DNA of 64,000 bases from contig CAVXTH010000009.1 of the NCBI GenBank assembly GCA_963764625.1, positions 800,001 to 864,000 of the forward strand, read 5' to 3'. Of the stretch, positions 20,051-30,343 are shown one piece after another. The stretch comes from Candidatus Krumholzibacteriota bacterium. Its GTDB lineage: Bacteria > Krumholzibacteriota > Krumholzibacteriia > JAJRXK01. The translations under genes were made by a program, and so were the position numbers. The notes below the pieces were generated by a model, which did no database searches, was not told the origin of the DNA, and saw nothing but the letters and a program-made list of their open reading frames with translations. Every line of letters begins with the position of its first letter. The first letter of the stretch is position 1.

Positions 20051-21868
20051 TCAGCGAAGCAGAGTAATCGCGCGGCTGTCGGCCGGCTGACCGCCCAGGC
20101 GTAAGAGCACGCGGTAGGCTCCGCTCGCCACTGCGCGCCCTCTGTCGTCGTCGCCCCGCCAAAGTTTCTCGTGAGTTCCCGGTCCGGCTACCGAGGCGCT
20201 CAGCTTGCGCACCACGCGACCCCGTGGGTCCACGATCCAGAGTTCGGCCAAAAGGTAATCGTCTTGCCGCCAGCGCAAGACGGTTCTGGGGTTGAAGGGA
20301 TTCGGCTGGTTGGGCAGAAGTTCCCCGCGGTCCCGGCGGTGAACGATGGGCGCCGAGGTGGGGTCGTCGATCTCGCGGATCTCATCCACTGCGATGAATC
20401 CTCCGGGCGCGGTCGAGGCGTCCTCGATCCAGATGTAGGCGCTGCGGCCTGCGAGTCCGGCCAGGTCGAAACTGACCGGAAGCAGCTCGGGTCCACCGTG
20501 GCCGTGTGCGCTAAAGAGGGCGGTGTCGGCCACCGCGTCCATCAGGGCCACGAAGCAATTGGGATCGGTACCTCCTCCCACCCGCAGGTCCAGGCGGATC
20601 CCCTCGATCACGAAGGGGCGCGACTTCATGCTGCCGGTGGCCGATTCGGGCAAGCTCTGTCCCGGCACGCCCTTGCCCGACAGAGGACCCTGGTAGTACT
20701 CCGCACTGGAGAGATAGCCATGGCCCACTGGCGAGGCGGGCGTCTCCCCGCGATAGGCCGAGTTGTCGCCGAAAGTGGGGGCGGCTTCGAACGCGGTGCC
20801 GCTCCGCTGCGGCCAGTCGGCGGCCAGGACGTCGAAGGGCACGGTCGTGGCACTTCCAGTGTTGGGATCGAGGCTCAAAGTGTCCACTCTGACCACCCAG
20901 AGTTCCTCGCCATCGAAGGCGACGGTATCGGCCGTGTAGCGCGAAAACAGATACTTGCCGCCGCCCAGCGGCACGAGTTCGGGCGCCTGCCCCTGGTCGA
21001 TGAGTTCCGCCTGGGTCATGTCCCACCCTGAGAGAAGTGATCCGTTGCGGAGGTGGTACACCCCCACCTTGTCGAACTCGCTGTAGAAGAGGTGCCATTG
21101 ACCACCGTCCTGGTAGAGCTGCACCGATTCGAGGTCGCGCCATCGATCCGCTGGGTTGCCGTTGTGAACCAGAAGTGGGTCGAGTTCGGTCCATGTGACG
21201 AAGTTGTTGCTGACCGCGTGGTGGATGCAGCCGCGATCTCCGTTGACCGTACGCAGCTGCGCGGTGTGCAAGAGGTGATGTTGGCCCGCGTAGTAGAAAT
21301 AGAACGGATCCCGAAACGAGGAATAACTCTGACTGGGCGCCCACGAATAGAGAGTGGAGTCGGGCTGAAGGACCGGATTCATCCCGTTCTTCTGCCAGTT
21401 CAAGAGCTCTCGGGAGGTCGTCAAGGCGTAGCCGGTACGCTGCACCACCTGCGCGTCCACGCCGGTGTAGATCATCAGCGCGTACGCTGAATTCAGCGGA
21501 AACTGGGGCAGGATCTGCGGGGCCCAGACGTTGCGTGCGTCCCAGTACTGTGGTCCCGAGACCAGCGCGGCCGGCAGGAACTCCCACTGGCGCAGGTCCT
21601 CGCTGCGCGCGTGCCCGAGTTCGTTCTCCCCGATCGAACCGGCCGTCGTCGAGGCGTGGATGAAGATGCAGTGCCACTCACCGTCGATCTGCACCAGCGC
21701 GTGATCCTTGATGGTCTGCCCCGGGCTGAAGAGGTAGGGGCCTTCGAAGGAAAAGTCGATGAGCGCGTACGCCGGGGCCACGCTCGCCAGAAGCAGCAGC
21801 AGAGCGTAAATTGCGCACGAGCTGACTCTGCGGCCAGGCGGGCACCTGATGTCCTCGGCTTCAGTCAT
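20051..21868 (-). CDS. Secreted five-bladed beta-propeller glycoside hydrolase (GH32/clan J-like) with FlgD-Ig-type C-terminal domain
   Basis: Signal-like LLLLLASVAPAYA; KDH, WAP, FRDP and LES motifs; PNPFNPRT...GRVVRKL...WRGDDDRGRAVASGAY. Confidence 0.72.
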   Translation of the reverse strand: MTEAEDIRCPPGRRVSSCAIYALLLLLASVAPAYALIDFSFEGPYLFSPGQTIKDHALVQIDGEWHCIFIHASTTAGSIGENELGHARSEDLRQWEFLPAALVSGPQYWDARNVWAPQILPQFPLNSAYALMIYTGVDAQVVQRTGYALTTSRELLNWQKNGMNPVLQPDSTLYSWAPSQSYSSFRDPFYFYYAGQHHLLHTAQLRTVNGDRGCIHHAVSNNFVTWTELDPLLVHNGNPADRWRDLESVQLYQDGGQWHLFYSEFDKVGVYHLRNGSLLSGWDMTQAELIDQGQAPELVPLGGGKYLFSRYTADTVAFDGEELWVVRVDTLSLDPNTGSATTVPFDVLAADWPQRSGTAFEAAPTFGDNSAYRGETPASPVGHGYLSSAEYYQGPLSGKGVPGQSLPESATGSMKSRPFVIEGIRLDLRVGGGTDPNCFVALMDAVADTALFSAHGHGGPELLPVSFDLAGLAGRSAYIWIEDASTAPGGFIAVDEIREIDDPTSAPIVHRRDRGELLPNQPNPFNPRTVLRWRQDDYLLAELWIVDPRGRVVRKLSASVAGPGTHEKLWRGDDDRGRAVASGAYRVLLRLGGQPADSRAITLLR

Positions 21869-21919
21869 GGAATGGTCGCGATTCCCGTTCTCCCCAAGCT
21901 CCTAGAGGAGTCACTCTGA

Positions 21920-23110
21920 GTGTACACGAGGCGCTCATTAAGGGTCAAACCGCCGCCGCGGCCGCTGCCGTGGGGCCCGAAATGCGCCCTGGGAGTGATC
22001 TTCGTTCTTCTTCTTTTGTTCACCTCCGGGCGGGGCTTTGCCAAGGATCGCTACGACCCGGCGCGCGCGCGGGAGGCCGCTCTGGCCCATCTCACGGCTC
22101 GCTTTCAGGCAGGGGCCTACCAAGAGGTGCTGGCGGTGTTCGAGGATTCCCTGAAGGCGGAGGACTACACCCCTCGTCTCTGGAACTTGAAGGGGCTGGT
22201 CCTAGCCCAGCTCTCGCGCCAGCGGGAGGCGGTCAAGGCCTACGAGGTGGGCCTCCGGCTCGAGGACTCGCTCTTCGAGCTTCACATGAACCTGGCCAAG
22301 TCTCTGAAGGCCTTGGGCAGCACTGGCCGCGCCATGGCCGAGCTGGAGCGTGCGGTCCAGCTTGCCCCGGACAACGTGGAGGCTCGGCTCGCTCTGGGAA
22401 CAGGCTATTTGGACTACCATCGCGACGCGCAGGCGCGTGAGCAGCTAATGGAAGCTGCGCGGCTCGCGCCCGACGACCTTCGGGTACTGCGCCAGCGGGC
22501 TAAGCTGGCCGATGCAACCGGCCACCCGGAGGAGTCGTTGCGCCGGTGGACCGAGCTCGAGAGGGCCTTGCCCGACGCGGACACGGCGCGTCGCCTGGCC
22601 GAGCTGTGGACACCGTCCTCCCCCGATTCGGCGATTCTGTGGTATGAGCGCTGCGTGGAACGGGATCCTTCCTGCCAAGATTGCGCGGCCGCGGCGGGGA
22701 GTCTCCTGCTGAAGGCGGGAAAGCCCGGCCAGGCCGTCCCCTGGCTGAGGCGAGCAGTTCAGGTGGAGCCACCGTCGCAAGAAGCGGTGTACAACCTGCT
22801 CCTGGCCTGGCAAGGCCTGGGAAAGGTTGACTCGATCGAGGCCCTGGCTGCCCGCCGTCCGCCGAACTACGCCCGGAGCTGGGGGGTCATCGCCTTGACG
22901 CGACGTCAGGGGGGAATGCTTTCGTCCGCCCTGCAGGCGGCCGAAAAGGCAGTGGCCCTGGCGCCGGATGATCTGGACCTGGCGAACGTGGAGGCCGTCA
23001 TCCTGCTGGAGCTGGGGCGGAAGGAGGAGGCCAAACGCATCTGGCGCAGAATCCTCCAAATCGACCCCGATCACGCCCTGGCGAAGTCAAATCTGGAGCA
23101 GGCGGGATAG
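21920..23110 (+). CDS. Exported tetratricopeptide repeat protein (start uncertain)
   Basis: Hydrophobic N-region and multiple TPRs (AVQLAPDN, AVALAPDD, ILQIDPDH). Confidence 0.8.
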   Translation: MYTRRSLRVKPPPRPLPWGPKCALGVIFVLLLLFTSGRGFAKDRYDPARAREAALAHLTARFQAGAYQEVLAVFEDSLKAEDYTPRLWNLKGLVLAQLSRQREAVKAYEVGLRLEDSLFELHMNLAKSLKALGSTGRAMAELERAVQLAPDNVEARLALGTGYLDYHRDAQAREQLMEAARLAPDDLRVLRQRAKLADATGHPEESLRRWTELERALPDADTARRLAELWTPSSPDSAILWYERCVERDPSCQDCAAAAGSLLLKAGKPGQAVPWLRRAVQVEPPSQEAVYNLLLAWQGLGKVDSIEALAARRPPNYARSWGVIALTRRQGGMLSSALQAAEKAVALAPDDLDLANVEAVILLELGRKEEAKRIWRRILQIDPDHALAKSNLEQAG

Positions 23111-23227
23111 AGTTATCATCACGGGTTTACAAGCAAGCCGGCGTTCCCTTATTTTGTAGTGCCTTTTCGGCGGATGGGGACGCGGGGTTGCGTTCCGGTA
23201 TACTTCTAGCGGAGATGGAGAGCCACT

Positions 23228-24457
23228 ATGTGGAGAGCGGAGCGCTTAGGGCGGCTCGGCGTGTGTCTTGTTATCGGGGCGACAGTGGCTTGGATTGCGA
23301 GCGGCTGCGCGGATACGACCGAAGAGGTATGGAATCAGCCGGGGATCCAGTTGATCGTCACCCCGGATACCGCGACGATCTATCATCGCGAGCCCTCGCT
23401 CAATTCCAACGGCTACACCGTCATCTTCTCCACCGACTGGCCGTTCGATCCTGCGATCGATAACGACAAGACCGCCCGGGACATCGCGGTCATCAACATC
23501 CCGCCCGACTTGAGACCGTATCCGACCACGAGCATGCCCGACACGCTGGTTGATGCCGCCTTTCGCAAGGTCATCTTCGGCACCTTGAGTTCGGACCTCT
23601 CCACCGGGGGAACGGCGCAGTTCGATCCCAACATCCGGGGCAAGTCGCAACCGGTTTGGAATCCGACGAACGGCTCCCAGTTCGCGGTGGTCATCCAGAA
23701 CATTGATCGCCGTGACCGTATCTACATCTGTGATGTTGATCTCTCACAGAGCGATGAGGTCCCGGTGACGAGTGCGCGCTTCATCGGGGACCCTCAGGGT
23801 AAAGAGTATTTCTTCAACGATCCCAGCTGGTCCTACGATGGAAGGTGGCTTCTCTTCAGCCGCTATTTCTTCAAACCGGGCAGCCCGACCGCGGTGCCGC
23901 CCATTCCGGACGTTTTCGAACCGCAAGCCGTGTACGTCATGGACACCGGAACCGATCAGCTCTACCAACTCACCTCCGGCTCCTCCAAGGAAGGCGATTG
24001 CGCCTTCTCACCCAGCGGGAGAAGCATCGTCTTCACCTCCAATCGCGGTGTTGGAGGGAGCAATCGGCGGGATCTTTACCTCATCGACTTCGATCCGAAT
24101 GCTCCCGGCGCGGTCGTGGATCTGAACATGCGCCGGCTCACCTTCTCCAATAATGACGGCATCGGCCCCAGTTTTCTCCCCGAGGAGAGCTTCGATCCCA
24201 CTTGGTCTCCCGACGGCGTCTCGATCGCTTTCGTGAGCACGCGCAGGAACGTGGGAACTTCATTTCGAGATCGATCGCTGTGGATCATGGATGCCAACGG
24301 AGCGAATCAGCGGGAACTCGTGTTCACGCGTACGGACGACGTGAACCCTTCCTACGATCCGAACAACTCCGATCGTCTCGTCTATGCCTCGGGCAACAAC
24401 CCCATCGAGGCGTTCAATGGGCAGCGCAACGACATCTGGCTCGATTATGATTTCTAG
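23228..24457 (+). CDS. TolB-like beta-propeller (PD40 repeat) lipoprotein
   Basis: Lipobox IASGC; PSWSYDG, AFSPSG, PTWSPDG..IAFVS repeats; TATACT upstream. Confidence 0.8.
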   Translation: MWRAERLGRLGVCLVIGATVAWIASGCADTTEEVWNQPGIQLIVTPDTATIYHREPSLNSNGYTVIFSTDWPFDPAIDNDKTARDIAVINIPPDLRPYPTTSMPDTLVDAAFRKVIFGTLSSDLSTGGTAQFDPNIRGKSQPVWNPTNGSQFAVVIQNIDRRDRIYICDVDLSQSDEVPVTSARFIGDPQGKEYFFNDPSWSYDGRWLLFSRYFFKPGSPTAVPPIPDVFEPQAVYVMDTGTDQLYQLTSGSSKEGDCAFSPSGRSIVFTSNRGVGGSNRRDLYLIDFDPNAPGAVVDLNMRRLTFSNNDGIGPSFLPEESFDPTWSPDGVSIAFVSTRRNVGTSFRDRSLWIMDANGANQRELVFTRTDDVNPSYDPNNSDRLVYASGNNPIEAFNGQRNDIWLDYDF

Positions 24458-24526
24458 TAGACCCTGAAGATCTTGAAGAGTGAGCCTGCAATGAGCGGGG
24501 CCGGCGCGACGCGTGTCGGCCCCGTT

Positions 24527-25777
24527 TCAATTTCCCCCCAGGATCTCGCCGAGTCGAAGCGCCAGCTGGGGCCAATCGTGGTGTTGGGCGATGTACTCTC
24601 TCCCCGCCCGCCCCCACGACGAAAGCAGCTGGGGTGTGGCCAGAAGGCGGGAGCACTCTGCGATGAAGCCCAAAGGATCGCTCGCGCAACCCACAGCTTG
24701 GCCCACTGGCGCGTCGATTCCATCCAGGCCGATCGGAGTGGTGAGCACGGGGGAGCCACGGCCGAGGGCCTCCAGAACCTTGATCTTGATTCCACCCCCG
24801 GAAAAGAGCGGAGCCGCGAAGAGCCAGGCTCTCTCGAACAGAGGCTCCAACTCGGGGACGAAACCGTGGAGAACCACGGCTCCCTTCGAAGCGGCCGCGG
24901 AGTCTCGCAACGCGGCGGGGGGATTCCGGCCCACGATTTCGCAGATGAGCGAGGGATGGTCGCGCCGCAGCGCGGGGACGAGCTCCTCGGCGAGAAAGGC
25001 GGCGGCGAGGCGGTTCGGAGGATGCGCGAAGCTGCCCACGAAGAGGATCCGGGGTGGAGGGGCGAAGTCGGGGTTCGCCTCGGGCAATTCCGCCAGCGGC
25101 ACGCCCAGGGGCAGGGTCGTGAGGCGGGTGGAGCCGGAGAGACCTTTCAAGACCTGCCGGTCTTGCTCGGAGACGCAGAGCACCCGATCCGCCCAGCCGC
25201 ACGCCTCGGCCTCGTAGCGGCGAATGCGCCGCAGGCGAAGCGAAGCCCAGAGTCGAGCTAGTCCGCTTGGTGTGGCGAGAAGGTGCCGGAGGCGAACCAG
25301 GGTCTCCACCTCGTGGGTGTTGAGGGCCACCAGGGGACCGGCTCCCCCTTGCCCCTCTTTCCACTGCATGAGCAAGCGGGCGTAAGGCGCCATGGCGAAG
25401 AACTCCACCTGCACCGCATCGGGCTCCCATTCGCTCACGAGGGCGCGCAGGCGTCGCCTCATCTGTGGATGGAAGTAGCGGACACAGCGATAAGGACGGC
25501 CGCTGAGAGCCGAGTACAACACTCTGAGCGCGCGATCCAAAATGGTGACGATTCGCCTTGGACCCCTGTCTTGACCCGAGCGAAAGCTCACCGTCTCGAC
25601 CCTCACGTTTGCCTCGACGAGTTCCCGCTCTTTCCCCTCCTCGCCCTCTCTCTGAAAACACAGGAGGCCGACCTCGTGGGTGCGGGCGAGGCATCGAAGG
25701 AGTTGGAAGACGACCGTGCCGCCGCCGTGTCCAATCTCACGATGGGGTAGGTAGGGGGAGACGAAGAGAATGCGCAT
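24527..25777 (-). CDS. GT4 family glycosyltransferase
   Basis: MRILFVSPYLP..GHGG, LFVGSFAHPPN, GGGIKIKVLEA. Confidence 0.9.
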   Translation of the reverse strand: MRILFVSPYLPHREIGHGGGTVVFQLLRCLARTHEVGLLCFQREGEEGKERELVEANVRVETVSFRSGQDRGPRRIVTILDRALRVLYSALSGRPYRCVRYFHPQMRRRLRALVSEWEPDAVQVEFFAMAPYARLLMQWKEGQGGAGPLVALNTHEVETLVRLRHLLATPSGLARLWASLRLRRIRRYEAEACGWADRVLCVSEQDRQVLKGLSGSTRLTTLPLGVPLAELPEANPDFAPPPRILFVGSFAHPPNRLAAAFLAEELVPALRRDHPSLICEIVGRNPPAALRDSAAASKGAVVLHGFVPELEPLFERAWLFAAPLFSGGGIKIKVLEALGRGSPVLTTPIGLDGIDAPVGQAVGCASDPLGFIAECSRLLATPQLLSSWGRAGREYIAQHHDWPQLALRLGEILGGN

Positions 25778-25791
25778 TGACCCTGCTACGC

Positions 25792-26076
25792 CTAGGGCAG
25801 CACGTAGGCTTTGGAGATCGCGATGTCTTCCAGCTTCTTCTCCAGTTCGATCGACCAGGCGTCGGTTCCCGGCTCCAGTCGCGGGCGGTTGAGGGTCAAC
25901 CACTCGATGGCCTCGCGCCGAATGATGTTTTCCCGCTCCAGATCCTCGAGCAAGAGATCGCCGATCAATCCCGCCAGTTCCTCTTCCTCGACGGTGAGAT
26001 CGACCAGCTCCTCCTCGGCGAGCCGATCGACGATGTCGTTGGCGATCTTTTCGATTCTCTCTTCGCTGAATCGCAT
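25792..26076 (-). CDS. DUF507 family protein
   Basis: MRFSEERIEKIA...EDLERE..I; paralogous to the adjacent gene. Confidence 0.75.
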   Translation of the reverse strand: MRFSEERIEKIANDIVDRLAEEELVDLTVEEEELAGLIGDLLLEDLERENIIRREAIEWLTLNRPRLEPGTDAWSIELEKKLEDIAISKAYVLP

Positions 26077-26084
26077 GGACGTCC

Positions 26085-26366
26085 TCAAATGATGAAGCCG
26101 CGCTGACGGGCGATTTGTCGCTTGAACTTCAAACGAAGTTCGCTCAGATCCATGTCCTCGTTCTCGATCTGGCGCGCGTGACGGTTCAACAGTTCCTCGA
26201 CCTCGCGATTGATCTCGTCCTCTTCCTCCAAATCGTCCCGGATCGCGCTACCGATCGCCACCCGGACGGCACTCTCGCTGGCGAGGAATACCACCTGGGA
26301 GTTTTGGCGGAGTAGTTCGGTGACTCGAGAGGCGAGATCCTGGATTTTCTCCTGTCTCATGCGCAT
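26085..26366 (-). CDS. DUF507 family protein
   Basis: MRMRQEKIQDLA...DDLEEEDEINREV...KRQIARQRGFII. Confidence 0.82.
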   Translation of the reverse strand: MRMRQEKIQDLASRVTELLRQNSQVVFLASESAVRVAIGSAIRDDLEEEDEINREVEELLNRHARQIENEDMDLSELRLKFKRQIARQRGFII

Positions 26367-26569
26367 GCGGGAGAGTCTCCTTTGCTGGCCGACGTTGCCG
26401 CCGTGCAATTCAAAGTTTAGAGTACCACCCTGGGCAGCGGTAGTTCCAGAGACGTTTCGGATCGCGGTATCCCCAATAGACCCCCTCGGGGGGAACCCCG
26501 ACGAGCGAAGCAGCGTATAGCTTCGGTCCCTCACCATTTTCTCTCCCAGCCAATGGAGGCGCTTGCAAG

Positions 26570-27556
26570 GTGGACAATCGAGTAAAGGAGATCCAATCAC
26601 GCGTCGAAACCGAGAGCGCTTTCGTCCAGGACATCTTCGACCAGGTGGGCCAGGTAGTGGTGGGACAGAAGTCGATGATCGAGGGGCTGTTGCTCGGTCT
26701 ACTCACCGGCGGTCACATTTTGCTCGAAGGAGTACCAGGCCTGGCCAAGACCCTGGCCGTGCGCTCTTTGGCCGCGTCCTTGGGCACCGACTTCCAACGG
26801 ATTCAGTTCACGCCCGATCTCTTGCCGGCCGATCTCTTGGGCACTCTCATCTTCGATCAGAGGCGCGGCGAATTCACGGTCAAGAAGGGACCCATATTCT
26901 CTCACATCATTCTGGCGGACGAGATCAACCGGGCACCCGCGAAAGTGCAATCGGCTCTCCTGGAGTCGATGCAGGAACTGCAAGTCACTCTCGGTGAGAC
27001 CACCTACCCATTGGAAGAGCCTTTCCTGGTTCTCGCCACCCAGAATCCAATCGAGCAAGAAGGCACCTATCCGCTGCCGGAAGCTCAGGTCGACCGCTTC
27101 ATGCTCAAGATCCTGGTAGACTATCCCAAGAGAGACGAAGAGCGACGGATGCTCGATCTCATGGTGGACGCCGACGTGCCCGCGATTCGACCCGTACTTC
27201 AGCGTGATCAATTGCTGGAGGCGCGCGAGCTCATTCGGGCGATCTACGTGGACGATAAGATCAAGGAATACATCCTGGACATCGTTCGCGCGAGCCGCGA
27301 TCCCCAGGATTTCAATCTCTCGCTAGGAGCGCTGATCTCCTACGGTGCCAGCCCCCGGGCTTCCATCTACCTCGCGCGCGCCGCGAAAGCTCACGCGTTC
27401 CTGCGCGGTCGAGGCTTCGTCACCCCCGAGGATGTGAAGACCGTCGGTCCCTCGGTTCTCAGGCACCGCATCACGGTGAGTTACGAAGCCGAAGCGGAGG
27501 ATCTCACCAGCGAAGACATCGTTCGCTCTCTATTCGATCATATCGAAGTACCCTAA
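26570..27556 (+). CDS. moxR: MoxR family AAA+ ATPase
   Basis: HILLEGVPGLAKT, RIQFTPDLLPAD, ADEINRAPAKVQSALLE, ATQNPIEQEGTYPLPEAQ. Confidence 0.95.
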   Translation: MDNRVKEIQSRVETESAFVQDIFDQVGQVVVGQKSMIEGLLLGLLTGGHILLEGVPGLAKTLAVRSLAASLGTDFQRIQFTPDLLPADLLGTLIFDQRRGEFTVKKGPIFSHIILADEINRAPAKVQSALLESMQELQVTLGETTYPLEEPFLVLATQNPIEQEGTYPLPEAQVDRFMLKILVDYPKRDEERRMLDLMVDADVPAIRPVLQRDQLLEARELIRAIYVDDKIKEYILDIVRASRDPQDFNLSLGALISYGASPRASIYLARAAKAHAFLRGRGFVTPEDVKTVGPSVLRHRITVSYEAEAEDLTSEDIVRSLFDHIEVP

Positions 27557-27574
27557 TGCCAGCAGGACCCCGCG

Positions 27575-28491
27575 GTGGAGCCTAACTCGCCAGATACGAA
27601 GTCCCACTCCGGTGGCATCCCCGCCGACTTGCTCGACCAGGTGCGTCGGCTCGAGATCCGCACGCGGCGGACGGTCGAGGAGCTCTTCGGCGGCGAGTAC
27701 CATTCCGTCTTCAAGGGTCGCGGCGTCGAGTTCCGTGAAGTGCGGGAGTACGAACCAGGAGACGACGTCCGCACCATCGATTGGAACGTGACCGCGCGCC
27801 AGGGTTCTCCTTTCGTGAAGCAATTCGAGGAGGAGCGCGAGCTGACGATCCTTCTCCTCGCCGATCTCTCCGGTTCGGAGAGCTTCGGAAGCGGCCGACG
27901 GACGAAAGCAGCGGTATTGGCCGAAATGGGGGCGCTGCTGGCGCTGTCGGCGGTGAGTAACGGAGATAAGGTCGGGCTGATTCTCTTCAGCGACAAGATC
28001 GAGCTGTACGTGCCTCCGGCAAAGGGGCGACGCCACGCCCTGCGTCTCTTGCGTGAGCTGCTCTATTACGAACCCCAGTCCAGGGGCACCGATCTGCGGG
28101 TGGCTCTCCAAACCCTCAACCGGGTTCAGAAGCGCAAGGCCGTGTGCTTTCTCATGAGCGATTTTCTCGCTCGGGACTACGAGAAAGACCTGCTGGTCTC
28201 GGCGCGGCGTCACGATCTCACCGCGGTCCACCTGGTCGACCCCCGTGAACGCGAGATCCCTCCGGTTGGACTCATCCAGATCGAAGATGCGGAGACCGGT
28301 GAAGCTCTACGATCCTGGATTCGACGGACAAGAGCCTGCGTGGGAAGTTCGCCGAGCAAGGCAAAACCAGTCGGGAGAGAATTCAGCGGGATCTTCGACG
28401 CGCGGGTTGTGACCTCATCGAAATCGACGTGACCCAGCCCGTCATCGATCCACTCTTGCGATTCTTCGCGCGACGGGGAAAGCGCCGCTGA
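27575..28491 (+). CDS. DUF58 family protein; frameshifted near 28305
   Basis: FKGRGVEFREVREYEPGDDVRTIDWNVTAR; the natural C-terminus ILDSTDKSLR...LLRFFARRGKRR* is in another frame and ends TGA 28489-28491, overlapping the next ATG. Confidence 0.9.
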
Positions 28492-29351
28492 TGAAGAGAG
28501 TGCCCTCGATCCTCCTCGTGCTACTCTCCGCGTTGCTGGCGGCTGCGGGGAAGGACGGAATGCACCTGGAGCCGCTGGTTCCTCACCTCGGCGAACGCGC
28601 TACCCTCATCCTCGACCTTGCGGCCAAGGACAGCAGCGAATACCCACTGGGCATCCATGCCGCCATCGTTCCTACCTCCGATCCGGCTCGCTTCACCCTG
28701 ATCCCCCTGCAGGTGGGGATAGTGGGGGCGACTCTCCCTTGGAGCAGCGACACCCTGTTCTTCGCCGTCCCCGCCACACTCGACCCCGATTCGCTCCCCG
28801 CGGCCAGACCGCTGAAGAGCATCGGGATTCTCCGGCCGGCCTGGTGGCCGACCATCGCGGTGATCCTCTTGGTTCTGAGCCCCTTGGTCTATCTTCTCGC
28901 CCGCCGGTTCCGTCATCCAACCAAGCTTCAAGCCGCGTTTCCTCTAGTGGCCGAGGCGGCTCACCTGTCGGCGCTCCGCCGGCTCCAGGAAATCGAAGCC
29001 TCCGGACTCCTTCAGTCGGGAGATTTCGACGCCTACTACGTGGCGGTGAGTCACACTCTCCGGGCCTATCTCGCCGGAAGATTCCGCGTTCCGGCCCTGG
29101 ATTGGACCCGCGCCGAATTGAAGGAACGCCTTCTTCTGGCCGGTTACGAACTCGAACTCTTCGAAACGGCTCTGGCTCTGTTGAAGCAGGCGGATGAAAT
29201 CAAGTTCGCCCGCGGCCGCCCGACCGAACATCAGGCCAAGGAGTGGCTCGCCGCCGCCAGGACCTACATTCACGACACAAAGGTGGAACCGGTGTACACC
29301 ACCGCAAAGAGCGTGGGTGCGCTCGTGCGTCTGCAGGAGGTGTCGGGATGA
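28491..29351 (+). CDS. Bat-operon single-pass membrane protein (hypothetical)
   Basis: Signal peptide, TM helix, then ALRRL..YY..VSHTLRAYL..RF..A..T..E..ADEIKFA, the pattern usual for the gene between DUF58 and batA. Confidence 0.75.
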   Translation: MKRVPSILLVLLSALLAAAGKDGMHLEPLVPHLGERATLILDLAAKDSSEYPLGIHAAIVPTSDPARFTLIPLQVGIVGATLPWSSDTLFFAVPATLDPDSLPAARPLKSIGILRPAWWPTIAVILLVLSPLVYLLARRFRHPTKLQAAFPLVAEAAHLSALRRLQEIEASGLLQSGDFDAYYVAVSHTLRAYLAGRFRVPALDWTRAELKERLLLAGYELELFETALALLKQADEIKFARGRPTEHQAKEWLAAARTYIHDTKVEPVYTTAKSVGALVRLQEVSG

Positions 29352-30334
29352 GCTTCCTGCATCCCTGGCTTTTGGCTCTGATCCCGGTGACGTGGGGCTT
29401 ACTTTGGGTTTTGCGCCGCTTCGCCGGTCGCCGGGCCACCATCAGCTACAGCGGCCTCGCTCTGTTTGCCGGTCTCTCCATCGGCCATCGCGCCCGGACA
29501 CGGGGACTCCCGTTCCTCCTTCGCCTTCTCGCGGTGACCCTAGCCGTCGGCGCACTGGCCCGACCCGTGGTGGCTAATCATACCCAGGTCATCGAGGGCA
29601 AGGGAATCGACATCATGTTCGTCCTGGACATCAGCGGGAGCATGCGGGCCCTGGATTTTCAGCCCGACGACCGGCTCGCCGTCGCCAAGGATGTCATTCG
29701 TAAGTTCATCGATGGGCGCGAGCAAGATCGGATCGGCCTGGTCGTATTCGCGGCCAAGGCGTTTACCCAATGTCCTCTCACTCTCGACTACGGAGTGCTG
29801 AAACGGTTCCTAGACGAAGTGCAAGTCGGACTCATCGAGGACGGAACTGCGATCGGGCTGGGTATCGCTACCGGGGTCAAGAGGCTGGCGCGCAGCGACG
29901 CCAAGAGTCGTATCCTCGTTCTGCTCACCGATGGAGTGAATAACGTTCCCACCGTCGATCCCACGACGGCGGCCGAAGCGGCACGAAGCCTGGGGGTTAA
30001 GATCTACTCCATCGGAATCGGCAAGGAAGGCACCGCGCCGTACCCGGTCGACCATCCGGTACTCGGCCGACGGTACACTCAGATCAAGACGCAGATCGAC
30101 GAAGCTCTGTTGCGCCGCATCTCGAAGCAGACGGGCGGACAGTACTTCCGGGCTCGGAGCGGCGAAGGGCTCGCTCAGATCTTTCAAGTCATCGATTCGC
30201 TCGCGAAGAGCAGAGTCGAAACCACCATCTATACCGACTATCGGCAATTGGCGAGTCTGTTTCTGCTACCGGCGATCGCGCTCATCGTACTGGAACTGCT
30301 GTTGTCCGCCACGCTCTATCGGGTGTTGCCGTAG
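29348..30334 (+). CDS. batA: vWA domain protein BatA
   Basis: F.HPW N-terminus, ALARP, LDISGSM MIDAS, DRIGLVVF, GTAIG, LLTDG. Confidence 0.9.
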   Translation: MSFLHPWLLALIPVTWGLLWVLRRFAGRRATISYSGLALFAGLSIGHRARTRGLPFLLRLLAVTLAVGALARPVVANHTQVIEGKGIDIMFVLDISGSMRALDFQPDDRLAVAKDVIRKFIDGREQDRIGLVVFAAKAFTQCPLTLDYGVLKRFLDEVQVGLIEDGTAIGLGIATGVKRLARSDAKSRILVLLTDGVNNVPTVDPTTAAEAARSLGVKIYSIGIGKEGTAPYPVDHPVLGRRYTQIKTQIDEALLRRISKQTGGQYFRARSGEGLAQIFQVIDSLAKSRVETTIYTDYRQLASLFLLPAIALIVLELLLSATLYRVLP

Positions 30335-30343
30335 GAGAGAGTC

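Noticed and set aside
26505-26560. SAM-I riboswitch suggested by minus-strand GGTGAGGGAC
   Set aside because: The downstream GGCCC, GCAACC and GUGC elements are absent, and the flanking genes are unrelated to methionine/SAM
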